From: Geminocystis sp. M7585_C2015_104
GTDB taxonomy: Bacteria > Cyanobacteriota > Cyanobacteriia > Cyanobacteriales > Cyanobacteriaceae
Assembly: GCA_015295805.1 (NCBI GenBank)
Contig: DVEF01000053.1
Coordinates: 15,007-47,006, forward strand
Direction: 5' to 3'
DNA length: 32,000 nt
Part shown: piece by piece, positions 25,759 to 32,000 of the stretch
Layout of the letters: each line of letters starts with the position of its first letter
Position numbering within the stretch: position 1 is the first letter of the stretch
Translations under genes and position numbers: made by a program
The notes under the pieces: generated by a model
What the model was told of the DNA's origin: nothing
The model's database searches: none
Seen by the model: only the letters and a program-made list of their open reading frames with translations

Positions 25759-26736
25759 ATGCCGATTTACTACTTTTGGGGTGACGATGATTTTGCCATA
25801 CAACAGGAAATAATGTCTTTAAAGGAAACCTACTTAGATAGTGAATGGTTACAATTCAACTGGGGGAGGTTTCCTGGCGACAAAAGAGAGTCTTTATTAG
25901 AGGGGATATATTTAGCCATGACTCCTCCCTTTGGGGGTAGCCATCGCCTGGTTTGGATATACAACACGACACTGTTTCAGGAAAATGCAGAGGAAGAGTT
26001 GGTGGCAAAGATGCAGAAGTATTTGAAGCAGATTCCAGAAACCACGCACTTAATCTTCACTGCCACAAAAAAGCCTGATAGTAGACTCAAAATTGGCAAA
26101 CTTATAACTCAAAATGCCCAGGTGAAAGAGTTTAGTATTATTCCCCCTTGGCAGACAGAAAAATTAGTGAAAAGAGTAGAAGAATTAGCGGCGAAAAAGG
26201 GAATAAAACTTAGTAAGGAAGCGATTAATATTCTCGCCAACTCGGTGGGGAATGACACCCGAAGTTTATGGCAAGAATTGGAAAAGTTGTCCATATATCA
26301 AGGAGATGACTGCCAGACTATGGGGGAGGGAGTAGTAGAATCTTTGGTGAATATTAGTGGCCAGAATAGTATACAATTAGCTCAAGCAACTCTAAGAGGG
26401 GACAATCATTCCGCCCTGTTAAAGGTGGAAGATTTAATCAATAACCAGAATGAAAATCCTTTGAAGATAGTGGCTACAATGGTAGGACAATTCCGCACCT
26501 GGTGTATAGTGAAGGCCATGACAGAGTCGGGGGAAGATGAGAATACCATAGCAGAATATGGGGAGATAGGCAATCCGAAAAGGGTTTATTTCCTTCGACA
26601 AGAGGTGAAAAACATTAGCCTTTTTAGGCTGAAAGAGTGCCTGGAAATTTTGCTAGAGGTGGAATACGATTTAAAGATAGGAAAAGATCCGGTTGATACC
26701 TTAAAAACAGCAGTAATAAAAATGTGCAATTTGTGA
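25759..26736 (+). CDS. holA: DNA polymerase III delta subunit
   Basis: MPIYYFWGDDDFAIQQEI, the length (325 aa) and the LSKEAINILANSVGNDTRSLWQELEKLSIY region are typical of HolA. Confidence 0.8.
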   Translation: MPIYYFWGDDDFAIQQEIMSLKETYLDSEWLQFNWGRFPGDKRESLLEGIYLAMTPPFGGSHRLVWIYNTTLFQENAEEELVAKMQKYLKQIPETTHLIFTATKKPDSRLKIGKLITQNAQVKEFSIIPPWQTEKLVKRVEELAAKKGIKLSKEAINILANSVGNDTRSLWQELEKLSIYQGDDCQTMGEGVVESLVNISGQNSIQLAQATLRGDNHSALLKVEDLINNQNENPLKIVATMVGQFRTWCIVKAMTESGEDENTIAEYGEIGNPKRVYFLRQEVKNISLFRLKECLEILLEVEYDLKIGKDPVDTLKTAVIKMCNL

Positions 26737-27896
26737 TGTTCAGGAGGATAATAAATATTCTAATATTGAGCTTGGCATTAAAATCTATCTCCCTGGTAAG
26801 CGTAAAAACAATACCGGCAAGAGAGACTATAGGGGGGACTATTTTTTTGCCGGCTGAGACAGCAAGAATGGTAGAAAAATATAAGCCCTATAATCCCCCT
26901 CGGGAAGATGTAAGAATATTGGTAATTAGTGATCTAAATAGTAGCTATGGTTCGACAGAATACGAAAATCAGGTGCATCTTGCCATAAAAATGATCCCCT
27001 TTTGGCAACCGGATATTGTTATCTGTGGGGGGGATATGATTGCTTCTCAAAAAGCTAGCCTAACGGAGGCACAAATCAAAGCCATGTGGGAGGCTTTTGA
27101 CAGTCAAATAGCCAAACCCATAAGGGATTTAAGGATTCCCTTTGCCTTTACTCTAGGTAATCATGATGCCTCTAGTGTGATGGTTGGGGGAAAGTTTTTG
27201 TTTGCTAAAGACAGGAAACTTGCAAAACAATACTGGCAAAACCCCAAACACAAACCGAAGTTAAATTATATAGACACCACCCACTATCCCTTCTATTACA
27301 CCTTTGAGGAGAAAGGGATTTTTTTCTTGGTGTGGGATGCCTCGTCTAATAGGATACCAGAAGATAAACTCAGATGGGTGGAAAAAAGCCTAGCCTCTAA
27401 AAGGGCGCAAAGGGCTAAAATGAGAATTGTTATCGGCCATTTGCCGTTATACGGGGTGGCGGCGAGGAAGAATCATCCCGGCGAAGTATTGGCGAATGGG
27501 GATGGATTACGTCGGTTACTAGAAAAGTACAATGTCCATACTTACATTAGTGGACACCACCATGCCTATTATCCGGCAAAAAGGGGCACAATACAATTAT
27601 TGCATGCGGGGGCATTGGGTCAGGGACCCCGTCATCTAATTGGGGAGGATGACAAGTTGCCGCCGAAAAAGACTCTCACAGTGGTAGACATAGATTTTAA
27701 CAGCGGGGATTTGACTAAATACACCACTTATGATATGGAAGATTTTTCCCTGATTAACTATCAACAATTACCCCGTTTGATAATGGGAGAAAATGGGATG
27801 ATTATTCGCAGAGATTTACGAGCAACAGATGTAAGTAAATTAGAGCTCGATGCCTGTCTAGCTATATATTCCCAAAGGGAAAAATGTCGTATTTAG
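26736..27896 (+). CDS. Metallophosphoesterase with an N-terminal signal/anchor
   Basis: The calcineurin-like motifs are VISDLN, GGDMIA, LGNHD, GHLPLY and SGHHHAYY. The ATG at 26736 overlaps the holA TGA (tgATG), which suggests translational coupling. The N-terminus is MFRRIINILILSLALKSISLV. Confidence 0.8.
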   Translation: MFRRIINILILSLALKSISLVSVKTIPARETIGGTIFLPAETARMVEKYKPYNPPREDVRILVISDLNSSYGSTEYENQVHLAIKMIPFWQPDIVICGGDMIASQKASLTEAQIKAMWEAFDSQIAKPIRDLRIPFAFTLGNHDASSVMVGGKFLFAKDRKLAKQYWQNPKHKPKLNYIDTTHYPFYYTFEEKGIFFLVWDASSNRIPEDKLRWVEKSLASKRAQRAKMRIVIGHLPLYGVAARKNHPGEVLANGDGLRRLLEKYNVHTYISGHHHAYYPAKRGTIQLLHAGALGQGPRHLIGEDDKLPPKKTLTVVDIDFNSGDLTKYTTYDMEDFSLINYQQLPRLIMGENGMIIRRDLRATDVSKLELDACLAIYSQREKCRI

Positions 27897-27927
27897 AGGA
27901 GCATTATTTTAAGAAAGGTAACAAAGT

Positions 27928-27948
27928 TTGACAAACTGTCATTTGACA
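27928..27948. promoter_or_regulatory. Overlapping dyads TGACA-aac-TGTCA-tt-TGACA containing two TTGACA hexamers, upstream of petJ
   Basis: The sequence tTTGACAAACTGTCATTTGACAa lies 63-83 nt upstream of the petJ ATG. It contains a 5-3-5 dyad (27929-41) and a 5-2-5 dyad (27937-48). Confidence 0.4.
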
Positions 27949-28010
27949 AGGGGAGACAAAATATTGAAGATAAAAAAGGACAATATGGAAAACAGGTTTT
28001 CAAGACAGAG

Positions 28011-28352
28011 ATGAGAAGAGTTGTTAGCTTGATAGTACTGTTGGCAAGCATTTGTAGCATTTCTTTGGCAAACATCAATCCCGCCTGGGCGGCGAATTTG
28101 GCCAACGGCGCGGCGGTGTTTAGTGCCAATTGTGCCGCTTGTCACATGGGCGGGAAGAATGTGGTAAATGCAGCTAAAACCCTCCAAAAGGAAGACTTAC
28201 AGAAGTATGACATGTACGACATAGATAAAATTAAATACCAAATAATACACGGGAAAGCCGCCATGCCAGCATTTGGTGGCCGTCTGACGGCTGAACAAAT
28301 CGAAGACGTGGCAGCCTATGTGTTAGCCCAGGCAGACAAAGGCTGGAAATAA
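28011..28352 (+). CDS. petJ: Cytochrome c6 (c553) precursor
   Basis: The signal peptide ends at AWA. The mature part, [25 protein letters not shown]...[12 protein letters not shown]...[16 protein letters not shown], carries the CxxCH heme site and the Met ligand. Confidence 0.9.
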   Translation: MRRVVSLIVLLASICSISLANINPAWAANLANGAAVFSANCAACHMGGKNVVNAAKTLQKEDLQKYDMYDIDKIKYQIIHGKAAMPAFGGRLTAEQIEDVAAYVLAQADKGWK

Positions 28353-28379
28353 GGGGATACACCCCGAGGGGGAGGGCTT

Positions 28380-29675
28380 TTAAATCCCTAGTCTCTCGTA
28401 TACTACTTCCAGGTGCTTGAGGTGTTGTTGGGGGTCAAAACAAGTGGCAATCTCTTCTGGAGACAAAAATCTTTTCACCTCTGGATGGTTTTCCACTAGC
28501 TGACGGAAGTTCCCCCCCCTCTTATTCCACGCCTGATGGGCACATCCCTGTACAATCCTATAGGCTTGCTCCCTACTCATGCCCTTTTCTACTAGGGCTA
28601 ACAAGACCCTTTGACTAAATATAACCCCTCCATATACATTCATGTTTTCGAGCATATTTTCAGGGTAAACTAGGAGGTGTTGGATCAGGTCGGTCATCTC
28701 TTTAAGCATGAAGTGGATGAGAATGCAGGAGTCTGGGAGGATGACTCTTTCGACGGAACTGTGGGAAATATCCCGCTCATGCCACAGGGCGACGTTTTCT
28801 AAGGCGGCAACGGCATAGCCCCTGATAATCCTGGCCATCCCTGTAATCCTCTCACTGCGGACGGGGTTGCGTTTATGGGGCATGGCAGATGAGCCTTTTT
28901 GGCCTTCAGAGAAGTACTCCTCCACCTCCAGCACGTCCGTGCGTTGTAGGTTTCTGATTTCTACGGCAAAACGCTCAAGGGAGGCGGCTAGTAGGGCCAA
29001 TTGTTGCACAAAATGGGCATGACGGTCCCTTGAAATTACCTGGGTGGAGGCGGTGTCCGGTTGTAGTCCCAGTTTAGCACAGGCTATGGCTTCTACTCTG
29101 GGGTCTATATTGGCATAGGTGCCTACGGCCCCGGAGATTTTTCCCACTGCCACCTCTTCTCTCAGTTTTACCAGACGTTCCCGGTGACGGCGCATTTCTG
29201 CCAGCCACCCAGCCAGTTTAAAGCCAAAGGTAATCGGTTCGGCATGGATGCCGTGGGTCCTACCCACCATTATGGTGTAGCGGTGTTTTTGTGCCTGGTA
29301 GCGGATAGCCTGAATAGTTTCCTCTAGGCAGGCTAGGATGAGGTCTAAACTTGCTACTAACTGTAGTGCTAAAGCAGTATCTAAAACATCAGAACTGGTG
29401 AGGCCGAGGTGGATATACCTGCCGGCATCCCCTACATATTCGTTAACATTGGTGAGGAAAGCGATAACATCGTGGCGGACTTCTGCTTCTATCTCAGCGA
29501 TGCGTTTTGGGTCAAAATTGGCCTTCTTTTTAATCTCCTCCACTGCCTCTTGGGGGATTAGTCCCAATGAAGCCTGAGCTTCACAGACAGCTATTTCCAC
29601 CTGCAACCAAGTGCGAAAACGATACTCGTCAGTCCAGATTACCCCCATTTCGGGCAAGGTGTAACGCTCAATCAC
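28380..29675 (-). CDS. purB: Adenylosuccinate lyase
   Basis: MIERYTLPEMGVIW...HLGLTSSDVLDT...GSSAMPHKRNPVRSE is the fumarate-lyase signature, and the length (431 aa) fits. Confidence 0.93.
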   Translation of the reverse strand: MIERYTLPEMGVIWTDEYRFRTWLQVEIAVCEAQASLGLIPQEAVEEIKKKANFDPKRIAEIEAEVRHDVIAFLTNVNEYVGDAGRYIHLGLTSSDVLDTALALQLVASLDLILACLEETIQAIRYQAQKHRYTIMVGRTHGIHAEPITFGFKLAGWLAEMRRHRERLVKLREEVAVGKISGAVGTYANIDPRVEAIACAKLGLQPDTASTQVISRDRHAHFVQQLALLAASLERFAVEIRNLQRTDVLEVEEYFSEGQKGSSAMPHKRNPVRSERITGMARIIRGYAVAALENVALWHERDISHSSVERVILPDSCILIHFMLKEMTDLIQHLLVYPENMLENMNVYGGVIFSQRVLLALVEKGMSREQAYRIVQGCAHQAWNKRGGNFRQLVENHPEVKRFLSPEEIATCFDPQQHLKHLEVVYERLGI

Positions 29676-29731
29676 TGCTAGAAGTCAAGGTCTGCATGTG
29701 AGTACAACCCTTCCATTGTAGCCCAAGAGGG

Positions 29732-30118
29732 TTATAAAGTCCGCAGATAACTCAACAAATCTGCCATGTCTTCTGCAGAGGGTTGAAATTTAGGCATGGG
29801 GGGAGTCTTACCACTAATCACCTGTTGGATAAGCTGGGAGTCTGATTTATGTTTGCTTATGCCCTGTAAACTGGGTCCTACATTGCCGCCTCCATTCAAG
29901 CCATGACAACCGGCACAATTCACGCGGAAAATAGCTTCCCCTCTAGCTACATTCCCCTGAAAGGACAATACTTTTTGGGTATAGGGATCATTTTTGGCTA
30001 GCAATCCCCCCAGCAACAGGGAAATAACTACCAATCCCATCGCCACAGACAACAAGCCAGGGGCGTGTTTTTTGGTTTTCTCCTCTTCTATTTGCCTTTC
30101 CAGTAGTTGGTTGCCCAC
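29732..30118 (-). CDS. Membrane-anchored class I c-type cytochrome (possibly CytM-like)
   Basis: 128 aa with an N-terminal hydrophobic anchor (LLSVAMGLVVISLLLGGLLA), the heme site CAGCH and the distal PPMP Met ligand. The CytM assignment is tentative. Confidence 0.7.
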   Translation of the reverse strand: MGNQLLERQIEEEKTKKHAPGLLSVAMGLVVISLLLGGLLAKNDPYTQKVLSFQGNVARGEAIFRVNCAGCHGLNGGGNVGPSLQGISKHKSDSQLIQQVISGKTPPMPKFQPSAEDMADLLSYLRTL

Positions 30119-30279
30119 GGTTCCATTGTTAACTTTCAGTTTACTTAATTAACATTCTGCAATATTTTGGCTCCTCCTGACCACTATTTTCGGTTTTATT
30201 TATATTTCCCCTTTCTCATGGTTTACGGATAGTTTAAGGGGGTGATAAGCTAAAAAACGCAGTGAATTCTGGAACAACC

Positions 30280-31317
30280 ATGTCTGAATTGCCTTTGTTG
30301 TTGAGAGTAGCGAGAGGGGAAAAAGGGGAACGTCCACCAGTGTGGATGATGCGTCAGGCGGGAAGATACATGAAGGCATACAGAGACTTGAGGGAGAAAT
30401 ACCCCAGTTTCCGGGAAAGGTCAGAAAATCCAGACCTAGCCATTGAAATTTCCCTACAACCCTGGCATGCCTTTCAGCCGGATGGGGTGATTATGTTTTC
30501 TGACATTTTAACCCCTTTACCAGGAATAGGCATTTCTTTTGACATTGTAGAAAGCAGGGGCCCCATTATAGCCCCTCCTATTCGGAGGAGAGCACAAATT
30601 GAGCAGTTACGTCCTTTAGAACCAGAGGAATCCTTGCCCTTTATCAAAACCATTCTCACCAGTTTGCGCAAAGAGGTGGGTAATAAGTCCACGGTGCTGG
30701 GGTTTGTGGGTGCGCCTTGGACATTAGCTGCCTATGTAGTGGAGGGCAAGGGCTCTAAGGACTATACTGTTATCAAGAGTATGGCCTTTTCTGAGCCAGA
30801 TTTGCTACATAAACTGTTGGATAAGATTGCCACTGCCGTTGCCACTTACATCCGTTATCAGATTGACTGTGGAGCTCAAGTAGTACAGATGTTTGACTCC
30901 TGGGCCGGTCACCTAAGTCCACAGGATTATGACACCTTTGCCTTACCCTACCAGAAGAAAGTGGTTGAGCTAGTCAAGGCTACTCATCCTGACACCCCCC
31001 TTATTTTGTACATCAGCGGTAGTGCAGGCATATTAGAACGAATGGCACAATCCGGGGTGGACATCGTCAGTTTGGATTGGATGGTGGACATGGCGGAAGC
31101 TAGACAAAGACTGGGAGAACATGTTAAAGTACAGGGTAATATAGACCCGGCTGTATTGTTTGGCACTCAAGAATTCATCAAACAGAGGATTTACGATACT
31201 GTGGCCAAGGCTGGCAATACCGGGCATATTCTGAATTTGGGGCATGGTGTGTTGGTGGGCACCCCCGAAGACAACGTGAGATTCTTCTTCGAGACTGCTA
31301 AGCAAATACGTTACTAG
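30280..31317 (+). CDS. hemE: Uroporphyrinogen decarboxylase
   Basis: [30 protein letters not shown]...FSDILTPL...[10 protein letters not shown] are HemE hallmarks. I prefer the ATG at 30280 over the GTG at 30262. Confidence 0.92.
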   Translation: MSELPLLLRVARGEKGERPPVWMMRQAGRYMKAYRDLREKYPSFRERSENPDLAIEISLQPWHAFQPDGVIMFSDILTPLPGIGISFDIVESRGPIIAPPIRRRAQIEQLRPLEPEESLPFIKTILTSLRKEVGNKSTVLGFVGAPWTLAAYVVEGKGSKDYTVIKSMAFSEPDLLHKLLDKIATAVATYIRYQIDCGAQVVQMFDSWAGHLSPQDYDTFALPYQKKVVELVKATHPDTPLILYISGSAGILERMAQSGVDIVSLDWMVDMAEARQRLGEHVKVQGNIDPAVLFGTQEFIKQRIYDTVAKAGNTGHILNLGHGVLVGTPEDNVRFFFETAKQIRY

Positions 31318-31327
31318 TACACTCCCG

Positions 31328-31389
31328 CCATACAGTCTTGCCTACCGTAGTCCACAAGGGCGATTTGACTGTATTATGGTGTTTTTTTT
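31328..31389 (+). terminator. Candidate intrinsic terminator of hemE
   Basis: CCATACAGTC (31328-37) pairs with GACTGTAttaTGG (31367-79) with a bulge, and T8 follows at 31382-89. The loop is long (29 nt), so confidence is moderate. Confidence 0.45.
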
Positions 31390-31494
31390 CTACATTTGCC
31401 TTACAAATAGTAAGGGGGGTTGCTTTAAAAACCGGAATAACCTAAACTTGTTAACCACCAGTTAAAAACAAGGGGTTTTAGAGGTTTAATTTTT

Positions 31495-32000
31495 ATGAAC
31501 AATATTCCCAGCAGCCCCCTCATAATAAACCTTTCAATGTTGCTAACAAAACCCACAGGAATAGCTAATTATACCAACAACCTCCTGAGGCATTTTCCTT
31601 TACAGTATACCAGTGTTTTAGCCCAAAAATACTATCAGCCCCAAATTCACAAAAATCCCTACTTCATCGCGGAAAAACTTAGTCCAGACTACGGCACTAA
31701 AGGACATGTTTCCCGTATACTTTGGACCCAAACGGAATTGCCCAATATTTTTCGCCAACTTAAGGGAAATTTGTTATTCTCTCCTTGTGGAGAAATGCCT
31801 CTTTTTGCCAACATAAGAACTATAGTAGTTGTCCACGATTTAATTCCTCTTCGTTTCCCCAGAATCCAATCCCTCCTCACCCACTACTGCCGTTATATCT
31901 TGCCGTTGGTGTGTCAACAGGCAGTGCATATTATTTGTAACTCCAAGGCTACTGCTGACGATTTGATTGAAATTTTGGGGGTAAAAGCTGGTAAAATAAC
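31495..32000 (+). CDS. Glycosyltransferase (GT4-like), N-terminal part, runs off the right edge
   Basis: The frame is open from the ATG at 31495 to the window end (168 codons). Translation is MNNIPSSPLIINLSMLLTKPTGIANYTNNLLRHF...VVVHDLIPLRFP...ICNSKATADDLIEILGV. The HDLIPLxFP and NSxxTxxDL motifs are typical of group 1 glycosyltransferases. It is absent from the ORF track because there is no in-window stop. Confidence 0.7.
   Translation, partial: MNNIPSSPLIINLSMLLTKPTGIANYTNNLLRHFPLQYTSVLAQKYYQPQIHKNPYFIAEKLSPDYGTKGHVSRILWTQTELPNIFRQLKGNLLFSPCGEMPLFANIRTIVVVHDLIPLRFPRIQSLLTHYCRYILPLVCQQAVHIICNSKATADDLIEILGVKAGKI

Noticed and set aside
7028-30279. Longest-ORF start codons from the track: 7028, 7935, 8518, 11707, 17601, 20958, 26724 and 30262
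   Set aside because: Downstream ATGs (7046, 7968, 8575, 11689, 17511, 20961, 26736, 30280) give N-termini that match the usual family starts. They also avoid overlaps with neighbouring genes, and several of the upstream codons are GTG or TTG.
4690-31305. Numerous nested or antisense ORFs inside long genes, e.g. 4690-4953, 4717-4989, 5479-5868, 7450-7794, 7706-8140, 14299-14589, 17547-17852, 20667-20996, 21449-21784, 29338-29577 and 31033-31305
   Set aside because: Each lies wholly or mostly within, or antisense to, a CDS with strong family motifs, and none has independent support. They are typical shadow ORFs.
1-32000. Mobile elements, genomic island, prophage or defence island
   Set aside because: No transposase, integrase, recombinase, tRNA attachment site, terminal inverted repeats bracketing genes, toxin-antitoxin pair or recognised defence gene was seen. 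The methyltransferase at 2216-4033 has no partner genes in the window.

Overview
This is a cyanobacterial chromosomal segment. The diagnostic genes are hoxH, petJ (cytochrome c6), a Tab2-family protein, a GUN4-domain protein, DUF4079, hemE, type-2 IDI and a fused 5-oxoprolinase. I support about 31 protein-coding genes on both strands, two of them running off the window edges and absent from the ORF track: eda at the left and a glycosyltransferase at the right. Most are housekeeping genes (cdsA, leuD, dnaN, holA, purB, surE, rsmD). I saw no rRNA, tRNA, transposase, integrase, phage gene or CRISPR array. The unusual content is non-coding. (1) A 1.68-kb ORF-free spacer (18556-20237) between an aldo/keto reductase gene and surE is built from degenerate short modules. 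It holds about 16 AT-rich cores of the form AATRAYRATYATT, including two perfect palindromes that closely match the classical Fur-family operator, plus a 59/55-nt tandem duplication and a 47-nt repeat pair. This is my best candidate for an undescribed element: a metalloregulator-binding array, a tandem sRNA/promoter array, or less likely an origin-like region. (2) A second ORF-poor, T-skewed 1.08-kb spacer (22011-23088) lies on the other side of surE-fni and has its own direct repeats. (3) A degenerate copy of the 3' end of the GUN4-domain gene reappears just after the MFS transporter gene, so the MFS cassette sits between two copies of the same coding tail. (4) A 605-aa methyltransferase resembling the DNA-phosphorothioation-associated family stands alone, with no dnd genes nearby. 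(5) hoxH is detached from hoxY and follows cdsA. All functional calls rest on motif and family recognition by eye, with no database search run. Coordinates of small motifs were counted by hand.
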